Assembly (NCBI GenBank): GCA_951406725.2
Contig: OX597825.1
Coordinates: 34,844,001 to 34,908,000 of the forward strand
Origin: Octopus vulgaris
Taxonomy: Eukaryota
DNA: 64,000 nt
Reading direction: 5' to 3'
Shown here: positions 24,721 to 38,600 of the stretch, one piece after another
Numbering within the stretch: the first letter of the stretch is position 1
Layout: each line of letters begins with the position of its first letter
Notes under the pieces: generated by a model
Seen by the model: only the letters and a program-made list of their open reading frames with translations
The model's database searches: none
What the model was told of the DNA's origin: nothing
Position numbers and translations under genes: made by a program

Positions 24721-26782
24721 TTTACCTTTAAAAGGGTAAATTTACTCTTCGTTGAGAATCACTGTCTTAAATGGAATTAGCACTAGCTCTCACCTCCCTA
24801 TGAAGTATAGACCATCAGCAACTTTTCTCCACTTATTTTGACCCTATGCTATCTTTCCTGTTTCTCTTCTATCCCAGGTCATGTTGGTTTTGAATTGCCA
24901 TTAATACTTCTGTAACTATGCTTTTTTCTAGGCAGGGATATTGACCATAGATATATGGCACTTTGTCACTTACGACAGTGAAGGTTCCAGTTGATTCAAT
25001 GAACAGAATAGCTTTCTTGTGAAATTAATGTGCATGTGGCTGAGCACTCCACAGACATGTGTACCCTTTAATGTAATTCTCAGGAAGATTCAGGATTTAG
25101 CATGACACAGAGTGTGACAAGGCTGGCCCTTTGAAACACAGGTACAAATAATTTTTGCCAGCTGAGTGGATTGGAGCAACATGAAATAAAGCGTCTTGCT
25201 CAAGGACACAACGTGTCACCAGAATTTGAACTCGTGACCTTATGATTGTGAGCTGAATGCCCTAACCACTAAGCCACATACCTTGACCATATACAAACCC
25301 ACTTTTATCTCGGGGAAGAGGTGGTCCACGTTAATCTGGCCTCTATTCTCTGACTTGTCCAGCATGGGAGATCCTACTTTGAGTTTGCACTCTACTGGCA
25401 TAGTTCTTTGTTGCTAAGATACACAAGCTACCACACTGCTACAAAGCCTGGACCTCAAGGCAGGTCTTATGTGGTGGATAGACAGAATATTTAAAATGTT
25501 GGACAAAAAGCTTGTTTGATTGTGGCTGACCTGGAGCTAATCAATGACTTTGCAGTTATCAAGTTTACTTGTTATAAATAGGTGTCACAGTAAAGAAACA
25601 GCACACACATACATTTGACTATGTGATTAAGAAGTTCAGATTGTAACCATAAGATGTCAGGTTCATTCTCATGGTGAAGCAACTTAGAGAAGTGTTTTCT
25701 ACTATAGCCCCAGGCCAAACCAGATCTTGTGAATTTGATTGACAGAAACTGAATGAAGAGCCCATGATGTGTGTGTCTCCTTGTCTTGACATTGCTTACT
25801 AATTGTAAATGAATGTCATATAAGCAGCATCACTAGTAGGGTGCTTTAGAATTTATCACTGCCTTGATAGCTTGTAGTTTCAATGTATGCCTGTAGAGAA
25901 TAATAGAGTATTTACTTTTATGTATTGTTCCTGTGAATAATGATACAAATACCAATTCTTTAGTAGCGGCTTCTAATAATCAACAGGGGTACTAGATATT
26001 TTGATGATGATGTAATAACTCAGTTTACATTCTATAACTTTGGTTAACCTTAGCTTTCATCCTTCCGCAGTTGATAAAATACCAGTCATATGGTGGGGTT
26101 TATTTAGTATTCATATGTAGCATCCTAGATGTGAATGGAATTATTATAGAAGATGATTAGATTATTTTATTGATCCAAGATGGGTAAAGGATAAAATCAA
26201 GTTCCCTGGGATTTGAATTCAGAATGTTAAGAGAATTATTATTATTATCAAAGTCTCTAGTAGCCATGTTAGTTGTTGGCAGGCAAGTTGGGAAGCATTT
26301 TGAGATCTGAAGGAGATTTCATTGTTATTTGAGGCATGTCAAGTAATCATGTAGATGCTTCCCTTACTGAGACAAACATTTTATGGCTAGATGCCCTCCT
26401 GTTACCAATTCTCATCTGTTTTAAATCAAGAAGGTAATATTTTTTGTCTTTTCTGGAAAAGTTTTCTTGGAAGACTACAAACAAATGATGCTGCTTATAT
26501 GACATTCATTTACAATTAATATGTAGTGTCAAGATACAAACACATGCATGCACATACACATATATGTAGGCACACACACACACACACACACACACGCATG
26601 TGTGTGTGTCTGTATAACTAGTTTCTTTCAGTTCCTATCTAACAAATCCACTTTGATTGTCCTGGGCTACAGTAGTAGATGTTTGCCCAAGGTATTGTAC
26701 AATGTAACTGAACCCAAAATCACATGGTTAGGAAGTAAACTTCTTAACTTTGCAGCTACACCATGCAATTATGTATGTGTAT

Positions 26783-27002
26783 GGAGGGGGTGGGGGTGCT
26801 GAAAAGTTCCTAGCTTTAAGGGTGTTGTGAAAGGCCTGGTTGGAGGTCCAACCTTCTGAGTTCTTCTACAGGATTCAGAAAAACTGAAAGACTTGCAATA
26901 AGTGCATGAATCTGGGAGAGGAATGTGTTGAATAAAATCATATTAACTAATCCTTATGTATTTTCTCTTACCGAAAACCAGCAACTTTTCAACACCCTCT
27001 CA
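26783..27002. mobile_element. Mariner-derived MITE
   Basis: TIRs gggtgctgaaaagttcctagcttt and aaaccagcaacttttcaacaccc. Confidence 0.7.
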
Positions 27003-27008
27003 TATATA

Positions 27009-27057
<49 letters not shown>

Positions 27058-27092
27058 ATGTGTGCCTCCATCCATCTATCTATGTCTGTCTG

Positions 27093-28316
27093 TTGGGTCA
27101 TCCCATAAATAAAGCATTTTTTCAATTGCATGAACTAAAAGTCAGAGGGGGACGGGATAAACTACTTGCATCAACTTGCTATAAAAGCAGGTAGTAATTT
27201 TACCTTGTGCTTATTCGTAGTGGAAGTTTTGAAGAGTACAGTTCGATTTTAACAGTTATTTTTCAAAGCTATAATGGAGGTGACAAAGGAGCATATTCAG
27301 CATGTTTTGCTTTATGAGTTCAATAAAGGCAACAACACAACAGAAAGTGCGAGGAATATTAATGCAGTATATGGGGATCGGGCAATAAGCATAAACTAGA
27401 AACTACAGCCTAGAAGATGAATGTTGTCCTGGAAGATCTATAGAGCTCAGTGAGGACATCTTGCAAACCCTGGTGGAACAAAATCCCATCGTAACTGTTG
27501 AGGAACTAGCAGAGAAGCTTGGATTTGGTTATTCAACTATTCATCAACACCTGTGTGCCATCGGAAAATCAGCAAATTGGGTCAATGGATTCCTCACAAA
27601 CTTTCTGAGTCTAATCACGTGCAGAGAGTGAATGTGCACTTTTCTTTGTTGCCACGTCTCATGAATGAAATTTTTTTGGGATCAAATAGTGACTGGTGAG
27701 GAGAAATGGGTTCTCTGTAAAAATGTCAAATGTTGAAGACAGTGGTTAGGGGAAGGAGAATCACTGGCGTCCCAAGCTAAAGAAGGTCTTCACCCACATA
27801 TGGTGTTGTTATCGGTTTGGTGGGATATGAAAGGTTTTCTTCACTTTAAACCCAAACCAAACGATAACAAAAGAGATCCACTGTGAGCAGCTTGGGTTGT
27901 TTAAGTCAGTGCTAGAACAAAAACGCCCAAGGTTATCTTCCATCAGGATAATGATTGGCTGTATACAGTAAGGATGACATTCCAAAAGCTGGAATGGTTT
28001 GAATGGGAAATGATGTCCCACCTACCATATTCGCCGGACATTGCCCCATCTGATTATCATTTATTCTGCAGTGTTCAAAATCATATGGACGGAAAAAACA
28101 TGAATTCTGTAGATGAGGTCAGAATAGTACTGGGGGAGTATTTTTCATCATGATGAAATGAATTTTGGAAGAGACCTTTACAAGTCTACTAGATAGATGG
28201 AAGAGCATTGTAGAAAATGAAGAGAAATTATATTTTAGATTGAAAAAGAACTTTGTTTATTTTTTGAAAAATAAAAGAAGTATAAAAAAAACGGCATTAT
28301 TTATGGCATGACCCAA
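27093..28316 (+). mobile_element. Near full-length, inactivated mariner (DD34D-type) transposon in CTC1 intron 1
   Basis: TIRs ttgggtcatcccataaata and tatttatggcatgacccaa|TA. Transposase relics MEVTKEHIQHVLLYEF, WIPHKLSE, IVTGEEKWV, HLPYSPDIAPSDYHLF, with stops and frameshifts. Confidence 0.9.
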
Positions 28317-28428
28317 TATATATATATATATACATGCACAAACACACACACACACACACATATAATATTGAATACCAAATTACATATTAGTTTGTTATTC
28401 TTAATTTTTATTTTATTCTGCTTTTCAG

Positions 28429-28830
28429 GGACAACAGTTCCTGAACCTGTTCCTGAGTCATTATGACAGAGTCAAATTTATTCCCAAAGATTCCTGCCCA
28501 ATACCACCAGCTCCTGATGTACTAAAGACACTCCTTGATAACATTTGTTCTGTAAAGCTTTTAACATTGCAATTTGCTTGTCTTGAAAATATTTTTGATA
28601 AATACACTTGTCATTACAAACTAGTTCTTCCTTTAAACAAATCTGGAAATATAGAATGTTCTATAAATTGTGTATCTAAAAGCTATGATACCAGTCTAGA
28701 ATGTCTACCGTGTGAAGATTTAATTCTTTTTGGATTTCTGTCTTCTCAAAACGAAACACCACTATCAGATAGAGGTCTTATTTTCAACACACTTCATCTG
28801 CAAGACTCAACTTCTCAAATTCCTTGCCAT
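28429..28830 (+). CDS. CTC1: CTC1 exon 2
   Basis: tttcag| ... CAT|gtaagt, 402 nt open. GQQFLNLF...LPCEDLILFGFLSSQNETPLSDRGLIFNTLHLQDSTSQIPCH resembles recalled human CTC1 EQAWL...LPREQLLLLGTL...GSLYVRDNTGVLSCE. Confidence 0.85.
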
Positions 28831-29053
28831 GTAAGTTTCTCAAATTATTTTGTTTGTATGTATATATGTATGTATGTGTGTGTGTGTGTTAGTGTGTATA
28901 GGTGCAGGCATGGCTTTGTATTTAATCAACATGTAGACTATACAGCCTTGGGTTTGGCTCCATGTGGTACCTTAGGTAATAGTCTTCTACAGACCTGGGA
29001 TGACCAAAGCCTTGTAAATGGATTTGGTAAATGAAAATTGAAAAAAAACCTGT

Positions 29054-29088
<35 letters not shown>

Positions 29089-30384
29089 TGGGCCTCATGA
29101 AAGCGATAACAAGTGACTGAGACCATTTGTGATATGCTGTGCTTGAGATGACTTGTCAAGCCAAGTGAAATTGTAGTCGTGGCCAATGTTGGAGACACAT
29201 TAAGAGCACCCATTACACTCTTGGAGTGGATTAAGAAGGGCATCCAGTCACAGAAACCATGCCAAACCAGACTGGAACCTGATGCAGGTCTCCGACTTAC
29301 CAGTTCCAGTCAAACTGTCTAACCCATTCTAGCATAGAAAGTAGACACTAAATAATGATGAAAATTATACATATATATATACATACACACTCACACTCAC
29401 ACGCACAATATGAATCTTCATAAACCTCTAAAGATGTTTTAAAATGTTGCTTTACACAGTGATACCAATGACCTGGTGTAGAAATCAGTATATATATATA
29501 TATATCATCAAAAGCATCATTGTTCAATGTCTGTTTTCCATGCTGGCAAGGGTTGGACAATTTGACAGAAGTTGATTACCGGAGGTCTGTCCAGTTTCTA
29601 TGGCTGGATACCATTCCTAATGCCAACCACTTTACAGAGTGTGCTGGGTGCTTCTATGTGCTTGTGGCACTGGCACAAATGCATTTTATGTGACATCAAG
29701 ATGAGTGCATCTTACACGACACCAACATGAGTGCATTTTAAGTGGCAATGGTACAAGATATATATATATATCTTATATATAAATGGCTATTTCTCTCCGT
29801 CTCTCTGTCCGTCTGCCTGTTATCATCTCGCTGCCCAAACCCTGGAACCAATCTTCACCAAACGTTGTATACATGTTGAACTAACATCCATTTCAGTTAT
29901 AGGCTAATTGGATTTCAATAAAAATCAATAATGGACTGACTATGGGAGTTGAGCTATTACATGATGAAATGAGAGGGGTGCAAAAGTGTTAGGTTTAGGG
30001 AAATGTGGCATAATGAGGGTGGCTGATATCAGGGAAGGGGAGGAGACAGGAAGAGATAGACACACGGAATATGAGAGACAGACAGAGAGAACGACAGACA
30101 GGGACGTCTTCCAAATATATAAATGAGAGTTTGTGTGTGTGTATCTTCCTTATGCATTCGAAAACAGAGTTGCTGATTTTGACATATGGGTATCAAAACA
30201 TTCAGTAATCTTTCGACTATCAAATGAACTTTATTTTCATTTACAAATTTGCATTAGAAAAATTTTACATTATAATCTTTTCTATAAGTCAAATATTGTA
30301 AACATTTTATACCACAACAACAACAACGACCATGACATCACATTTTCTATATGAGTGTGTACCTTTTTCTTTTATTTATTTCAG

Positions 30385-30478
30385 CTAAGCATCTCTGGAT
30401 GCAACAAACTGCATAGTCTGGTGGATAAATGGATCTTGGTTACAAATGTTAATGTCATTTATACATCTAAGAAATCTG
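30385..30478 (+). CDS. CTC1: CTC1 exon 3
   Basis: tttcag| ... G|gtaagt, 94 nt, phase 0 to 1. LSISGCNKLHSLVDKWILVTNVNVIYTSKKS. Confidence 0.8.
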
Positions 30479-31577
30479 GTAAGTTCTGACTACATTATTT
30501 TATTTTAGTCGCTGTCAATTGTTCCACCTCTTTGTTTTTTTTTTGTTGCTGTGTGCAGGTTTGATCCTGCTGTACAACACTTCTGGCAACTTTCTTACTT
30601 GCTATCATAGGCTAGATTTAATCTGTCATGGGAATATTCAGCAATCACCTGATGTCATGATTCACTAGAATATTACCCATGTGATCCCAAAATCTGACCA
30701 ATCACGACTTTGTGTTGGATAGGCTTCGGTGACAATTTCATCTTTTGGTGTGCTTCTTTCTTAGCCTATCAATCAGTATAAATTTGATATACTGTGACTA
30801 CTCGACAGAGAGCTTTGGGCTGCTGCAGAGAGAGCACTGAGAGGCAGCAGAGATGAGAAGGCAGATGGATGGCAACAGATGCGGACAGCTGCTGACTATA
30901 ACCGCAATGAATGATTGGCAACAATAATACAATGACCAGTGGCCAACGTTTTGACTGCTGCTTCAAGCACATCAAACCATGAACAATTATCTTCAAACTG
31001 TCTCAATGTTTTGTTTGTAGTAACAACAGTTTTCTTTTATGTATGTAAAGAATAAAAATTTTGCTATTAAAATTTTTAACAGGATTTGTTATCTTCTTCT
31101 ATCATACAAATCCAAGATGAAAACTGCAGAAATTTGTCAGTTGGCCTTTATATAAAAATGCTGAGTGGTAGGCTTAATCTGTTGCTCAGTTCAGTATCCC
31201 CCTCCCTTCCGTTCCTCATTTACCACCATAGTTGCCACCACTACCTCCATCACTACTGACACCACTGCCACTATTGCTGCCACCACCACCACCAGCAGCA
31301 GAGTTGTCATTGCCATCACCACTATTGCAGTTACCACCACGACCACCACTATCACCACTACTGCCACTACCACCAACACCACCACTAATACTATATATCC
31401 ATCTGCATGATGCAAATCTTCTCCACAACCAGGACAACCAAATGCAATGAAGAAGGACATCATTTAAGAGAATAGTAATTGTGTCTCGTGCCTTCGTTAT
31501 TAATCATTCTCACTTTAATTAACATTTGATACACCTGACAACATACCTGATTTTTTTTTTTATTTAATTATTTTCAG

Positions 31578-31689
31578 GATACTTGGAGCTTGTAGGTGAA
31601 CCAATACTCCTTACTAGAACTGCTATCCTTCCAAAGCAAAATTTTGATGTTCTTCTTGTTGATGATGCCTTCCTTTTGCTATATAACAG
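31578..31689 (+). CDS. CTC1: CTC1 exon 4
   Basis: tttcag| ... AG|gtatct, 112 nt, phase 1 to 2. GYLELVGEPILL...FDVLLVDDAFLLLYNR resembles recalled human GHLELWDAPVPV...IPVLYPESASCLLRLR. Confidence 0.85.
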
Positions 31690-31698
31690 GTATCTGCC

Positions 31699-31760
<62 letters not shown>

Positions 31761-32034
31761 CGTCCGTCCGTCCGTCCGTCCGTCCGTCCGTCCGTCCGTC
31801 CCTCCCTCTCTCTTTCACTCTCTCTCTCTCTCTATATATATATCTCCAAAAATGGTTTTGAGGGATATATAATCCTGGTGGTTACAGTATTTGCTCTTAT
31901 CAGTTGTCAACGCTGGCTAGCCACAGTGAGTGTTGATGAAACTTGAGTTAGTTAAAGTTTACTATACTCGATTAATCCTCACTTGGTAAATCTAAATGAC
32001 CTTATAAGGAGTGCATAGTTTCTGTAGAGAAAAT

Positions 32035-32439
32035 AATGAAATTAATGAATATCAGAAGGATGGAGATTTGCACATCCAAGTTTTATTATACAGTTATTTA
32101 CATCATTCTTCATTTAGACCTATATGTGTTTCTAATGCAATCCACTGCACACTGTTAAGTGTGCGTCTTGGTGTTAATTATCGGTGCAACTTTATTAGGG
32201 TTGTTTATTATTGCTGTTCACATATTATCTGAAGAGTCTTTGAGATTCACTAAAATTATTCCCTTATAGGCGCAGGAGTGGCTGTGTGGTAAGTAGCTTG
32301 CTTATGAACCACATGGTTCTGGGTTCATTCCCACTGTGTGGCACTTTGGGCAAGTGTCTTCTACTACAGCCTCGGGCCAACCAAAGCCTTGTGAGTGGAT
32401 TTGGTAGACGGAAACTGAAAGAAGCCCTTCATAAATATG

Positions 32440-32470
<31 letters not shown>

Positions 32471-32942
32471 ATATATGTTTGTTCGTCTGTGTTTGTCCCC
32501 CCAGCATTACTTGACAACCAATGCTGGTGTGTTTACGTCCTCGTAACTTAACGGTTCGGCAAAAAGAACCGATAGAATAAAGTACTAGGCTTCTAAGGAA
32601 TAAGTCCTGGGGTCGATTTGCTTGACTAAAGGCGGTGCTCCAGCGTGGCCACAGTTAAATGACTGAAACAAGTAAAAGAGTTATAAAGGATTGACCAAAA
32701 TGATTCTCTTATAAGGGAATATTTTTTGTTGATCAAATAATCTCTTCAGAGGATATCTGAACAGCAGTAATAAACGACCCTGTTGAAATTGCACTGATAA
32801 TTAACACCAAAATACATACTTAACAGTGCACAGCAGCTTGCAGTAGAAACACATGTAATCTAAGTGAAGAACCTTGTAAATAACTGTAAAATAAAACTTG
32901 GATGTGCAAACATCTGTTCTTCTGATATTCATTAATTTCATT
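32035..32942. mobile_element. Fold-back/MITE palindrome (about 235-bp arms 32035-32268 and 32710-32942) interrupted by a SINE
   Basis: The arms are diverged reverse complements (aatgaaattaatgaatatcagaag...ttcccttata). Confidence 0.8.
32269..32680 (+). mobile_element. Full-length tRNA-derived SINE
   Basis: A-box-like gtggctgtgtggt, B-box-like gggttcattccc, internal (AT/GT)n, 3' agtaaaagag tail, short TTATA duplication. Confidence 0.85.
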
Positions 32943-33464
32943 TTATATATATAAAATGATGAGTATATAGGGATAAATTGTCATTTTAACTAACTAATTA
33001 TGCTGTCTAATTAACTGTTAAATTAAAAGAAAAATTTGAAGATGTACCAGTCTCTGTATTCTTTGTAATTGATTTTGATATATGTATGTGTGTGTGTACA
33101 TATGTATGTACATATGTATGTATGTATGTATTGACTGTTCCATTATTAAGCTATGGCGTTTTAATTTACACCGGATTATCTCTCTTTGGTATCTCCTAAA
33201 GAAGATTAAGGAACCAGAAACGTATCTAAGTGTCTGATAGAGAGTGACACTGAGCAGATGAGGTGTTTTTACACTTTTTACCATAAGCAAGGATGTTTTT
33301 CTCCACAGTAAACTGCAATGAGAATACCTTTAGAAGTTAAAATATGCCACAAACATATTTGAACTAACCTGAAGTTTATTTATTTCTCACTGCTGCTGAG
33401 TGCTACTTCTGTATTTGTTTTGACTGAGAGGTCTGCATACATATAAAGCTAAAGTCTATACATA

Positions 33465-33524
<60 letters not shown>

Positions 33525-33540
33525 CACACACACACACATA

Positions 33541-34423
33541 CAGGGTGCAGTGAATAAGCTGGTGTCTAAATTACACAAAAATGAAAATAACACTGACATC
33601 TGATTTATACAGATACATTTACAAAAATTGCATAAAAATATCTGGAAATACTGAAGAGTAAATTTATTCTATAAAATCACCATTGGCTTCAACCACAGCC
33701 CCCAGACAACTTTGGAATCTCCTGCAACTCTTCTGGACGGTCTCCTTGTTTAAGTTGGGGAATGTTGTCATAATCCTTGCCTTCAGTTCATCTTTGGTGT
33801 TACAAGGAGTTTTGTTAGACTCTTACTCAACTGTATCCACCACATAATAATGAAGAGGGTTGCATCCTGGGGACTTAGGTCACCAGATGTTAGGGGTGAT
33901 GTTGTCGCAAAAGTTGTCTGACAGCCATGACTGGGTTCTCCTGCTTGAGTGACATTGTGCATAGTCCTGTTGACAGACATAGGGTCTTCCAGCAGCCACC
34001 CTCTTGACCCAGGGCAGCACTACCTCCTCCAGGCACTTGATGTAGGCCTCCATGTTGAGTCTGAGGCCATGTTGGAAGATGAATGGAGGCATAAAGTCGC
34101 CATCACTAGTGATCACTCCAAACACCATTATGTTGATTGGATGTTTGATTTTTATCACTCTTGGTACATGTCCTCAGATTTCACTGTCCTCAGATTGACA
34201 CCCAAACACTCTGAAATATTTGTATTGGAGCTTCCAGCGTGAATGCCAAGCAGTGCAGCTTGTCATTTCCAAATTTCTGGTTGAGTGAATTGCATCCTGG
34301 TGTTGTTTTTCTCACAGATGGTACCCAACTAATCCTACTATACTGTGTAGTTGACAAAATCAAAAACAAACAATGCGCAAAATTACAAGTATAAAATTGT
34401 GACAATTTACCCATTACACTCTG
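33541..34423 (-). mobile_element. Internally deleted DD37D (maT-like) Tc1/mariner transposon
   Basis: KHPINIMVFGVITSDG...YVCQQDYAQCHSSRRTQSWLSDNFCDNITPNIW*PKSPGCNPLHYYV: 37 residues between the second D and the third D position (now H); degenerate cagggtg TIRs. Confidence 0.85.
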
Positions 34424-34919
34424 CATGTGTTTATATGTAAGCATATATATAAATTATAATTTATGATGTAATCTAATATACAATCACATTCAAATACACA
34501 TTCATGAATCCATATAATATATATTTACACACAGACACATATAAACAAAACTGAACACACATACACAAGGTGTGTGTGTTGGCTACGTTTTAGGAATAGG
34601 AGAATATATTCTCAATGTGCCTGGTGTTAAAAACTCCTGAAAATAAGTCATAGGCAAACAACACAACTCACACTTGGTCTCTTTTTGGAGCGATAGACAT
34701 TCATGTTTCATCATTGTTGTGATTATTCAATGCTGTGTACTGAGCTTCCATATAGTTTCCATCAATCAAAACCACACACAAGGTATAGGTTGATCCAGGG
34801 CTATAGTAGAAGGCACATGTTCAAGATGTTGTACAGTGGGACTGAACCTGAGACCACATGGTTGTGAAGCATGCTTTTCAACCACACAGCTACACCTGTG
34901 ACTACTAATCCATCTATTC

Positions 34920-35475
34920 ACCCATCTACATAAATTGATAAATAAACAGATTGATAGATAAATAGATTATTAGATAAATAGATAGGTAGATAGACATAAA
35001 TAAATGGATAGATAGATAAATAGAAATAGATAAATGGATAGAGATAGATAGAAATAGATAAATGGATAGATAGATAGATAGATAGAAATAGATAAATGGA
35101 TAGATAGAGGTAGATAGATAGAAATATATGAATGGATAGAGATAGATAGATAAATGGATATAGATAGATAGATAGAAATAGATAAAGGGATAGAGATAGA
35201 TAGATTGAAATAGATAAATGGATAGATAGATAGATAGATAGAAACAGATAAATGGATAGATAGAGATAGATATATAGAGATAGATATATATAGATAGATA
35301 GAAACAGATAAATGGATAGATAGATAGATAGATATAGATAAATGGACAGATAGAAATAGATAGATATAGATAAATGGACAGATAGAAATAGATAAATGAT
35401 AGATATAAGTAAATGGTTAGAGATAGATAGATTGATAGATAAATTGACAGACAGATAGATAGATAGATAGAGAAA
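34920..35475. repeat. Higher-order GATA / GATAAATG microsatellite
   Basis: About 550 bp of (gata)n interspersed with gaaatagataaatg units. Confidence 0.9.
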
Positions 35476-36103
35476 TACAGACACATATACAGGTATGTGT
35501 GAGTATTTTACTGATGTAATATCTGTGAAGAATGTTTAATGTGGTATAGAAATATAGTGTAGATATGTAGGGCAGTGTAGAACATTGTAGAGCAATACGT
35601 CATCTAGTTTTGGATAGAGTATACATGTAAATGTTTTGCTGTGTAGAGTTGTAAGTTTTACAATGTAGCTTGGGACAGAATTGTGTAGAGTAGTGAAAAC
35701 ATGTAGTGTTTCATGTGGTTTAGGATGGAGTGGTTAATGTAGAGCAGTGTAGAGTTAGTTTTGTTGTGTTGTGTATAGTGATTCGGTGTGTGATCAAATG
35801 CATATGATTGTGTGTGATATTGGATGTGATAAGTTGTCTGTGTGTGTGTGTGTGCATGCATGTGTGTGTATGTGTGTGTGACCATTTATTTTAGTATCTC
35901 TGTGATTGTGTTTGTATTTGTGAGTTTGAGTGTGTGTGTGTAAAAGAGAGAAAGGGAGAGAAAGATTGCCTGTGCGACTTGTTCTGTGACTGTGCATGTG
36001 TAATATGAAGCTGGCCAAATACATAGGTAATTAATATAATTTTTCTCACTAATTAACCCTGTATTTGCAATGCTGATTAAATTGTCTTCTTGTAATTGAA
36101 CAG

Positions 36104-36169
36104 GGGCAAGTTTAATGTGAGCAATATCTCTGTAACTGGCACCGTGTTTGCTGTTTCTGAGATTGGAAA
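36104..36169 (+). CDS. CTC1: CTC1 exon 5
   Basis: gaacag| ... AA|gtaagt, 66 nt, phase 2 to 2. GKFNVSNISVTGTVFAVSEIG, an OB-fold beta1 pattern (human RNLAGSLVRLSALV). Confidence 0.75.
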
Positions 36170-37581
36170 GTAAGTAGGATTCCTTTGATTCAGTTTTGGT
36201 TCATTTTCTTTGAAAACTTATTGCTGTTGTTCTGGTTGTTTAACCCCAGGTGATCACTGATAGAACAGATCTTATCATCAAACGTATTCTACCTATGAAC
36301 ATCTCTTCCAAGTTAAAAGTCTATACCATCAGACAGCAGTTGGGTGTCTGCTAGTAAGTGAGCTATTACTGCAGGGCAGCCTCATTGTCAACCTTACTTC
36401 TTGTACACTTGCACATCATTTGGTACCTGACACGAAGACCCTAATGTAGGGATGATGCCAACTGCCTTACCCACCATCCAAAGTGTTTTGTTCAGAGAAG
36501 TGGGAAGACCTGTGGTGATGGAGTGAATGTAACAGTAGTCAGTGTAAGTAACTAGAAGCTACCAGCAAGAGCTCAGAACACAGGCAGCTTGCTCCAAATG
36601 ATCGCAGACAATGCTGAACCCTGAGCACCAGCCAGCCAGCTGAGGTAGAGGTGTGAGTGAATGTAACGCTAGTTGATGTAAGTAACTGGGAGCTGCTAGT
36701 AAGAGCTCTGCACACAGGTGATTGCTCCTAATGGTCACAGTCAATGCTGAACCCTAAGCACCAGCAGACTGAGGTGGTGGTGTGAGAGTCTGACCAGCCC
36801 TTTTTCAGAGAGCACTGCTCACCCCAAAAGGGGAAGCCCCTAGAAAAGGTTGGGTAAAGAAAGTGTGGTCAAAGCAAAACCTGGCTGGTTCACTATAGCC
36901 ATCGGACTTCACTTCATGTATATTACACTGTGTAACAATTTTTTTTTTTTTGCCTTTGGTAAGTGTTATTTCCTGTTTGCTTCTGTCTAGAAATCAAACG
37001 AAACTTCAAACTTTACTGGCTGATCCTGGCCATTGACAGGCTTTTGACTGTTTATCCACTCAACCTATACTGATATTTGCCATTGACTCAGTAAGTTGAT
37101 CTTCTGAAATAGTTCACATCCACCATGCTGCATTACATGGTTCCATCATAACCCTGGCTCTAGTGATTACAAAATGCTAGGTTTTGCCAAAAGGTTACCT
37201 GCAGTTTGGTCTAAGTCTGTATATTCCCATTTTCACAAATGACCTCTGTTTTCATGCTAATTAACCATAGTTGGGAGCCCGATAAATGCTACTACTCTGA
37301 GTCAGAGTGGACCTGATAACACTGGTGGGTAAGAGGTGGTTCCACACTCCTCAAGACTCTGGGTCTCCTGAACCAGTGTTTCACTACCGAAAGCACTTTA
37401 AAGTCGTGTCCAAAACACGAGGGTATTCACAGGGCCTATGAAATGAAGTGAAATGACTGTAACCAGGAACAAAGGCTATTTCACCAGAAGTTTTCTATTT
37501 ATTCTATAGAAATTGTTTTGAAACTTAGAAATGAATGTCATAATTATTATTTACTGCAAATTTATATTTGTTCTTTGACAG

Positions 37582-37651
37582 AATCAAGAAAGACCTTGTA
37601 TTTTTTATTGAACTCGTCAAAGGAAACAAGTCCATTGTCATTCTTGTGAAA
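37582..37651 (+). CDS. CTC1: CTC1 exon 6
   Basis: tgacag| ... AAA|gtaagc, 70 nt, phase 2 to 0. KIKKDLVFFIELVKGNKSIVILVK resembles human KSKQKAYFILSL...VSIIVQ. Confidence 0.8.
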
Positions 37652-37971
37652 GTAAGCGGTTTCCTTGTTATATTTGTGAAGATATTTTCATATGATTAAG
37701 GAGTTGCGTAGATAAGAGCTGTATAGAATCCAAACTAGATAGATTGTACTTGTTACACTGATTCGAATTGAGAAATATTTTTATGGTTAAGAAGTTTGCT
37801 TCAAAATCATGTGGTTCCAGTTTAGGTCCCCACAATGTGGTACCTTGGGTAAATTTCTATCATAACCTTGGGTAAATTTCTATCATAACCTTGGGTAAAT
37901 TTCTATCATAACCTTGGGTTGATTAATGTTCAGCAAATGACATTTGTGAGATGGAAACTGTGCAGAAGCCT

Positions 37972-38008
<37 letters not shown>

Positions 38009-38285
38009 CTGTTTATATATATTTACGAAGTAAAAGCATCTCTTGTATAATAAATATTGTTAAATACATATACTAATGTATATGCTTTGTATATTTAAAA
38101 TATATATGAGTGGTTGGTGTTAGGAAGGGCATCCAGCTGTAAAATCTCTGCCAAAACAGACACAGTAGCTTAGGGTAGTTTGTTTTTCTACCTGGCTGGT
38201 TCCTGTCAACCATCCTACCAATGCATGCATGAAAGATGAACGTTAAATGATGATGATCATTATATATATATATAGATAGATAAAA

Positions 38286-38600
38286 TATGAAGATTAGTCA
38301 GAAAGTAATGCAACTAAAAAATCGCATTACTTTCTGAATCACCTTCATGTATGTGTGACTGTAATATATTTATATAAGGGCATCCAGCTGTAGAAACACT
38401 GCCAGACTAGACTGGAGCCTGGGGCAGTCCCTAGCTCCCCAGACCCCGGTCGAAACCGTCCAACCCGTGCTAGCGCGGAAAACGGACGTTAAACGATGAT
38501 GATGATGATGATGATGTATATTACACACACACACCTACTTGAGGGTGAATCAGAAAATAACGCAATTTTTATTTGCATAATTTTCTGACTCACTTAGGTA
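38286..38600. mobile_element. Two ~65-bp TIR-only mariner-type palindromes (38286-38351 and 38536-38600)
   Basis: tcagaaagtaatgc...gcattactttctga and tcagaaaataacgc...gcataattttctga hairpins with tgagggtgaatc-like termini. Confidence 0.6.

Noticed and set aside
34918-35486. Long YLSI-repeat ORFs (likewise the IY, CV and TH ORFs across the window)
   Set aside because: Stop-free microsatellite translations.
37842-37919. 23-bp triplication near CTC1 exon 6
   Set aside because: Slippage inside a decayed SINE; no sign of function.
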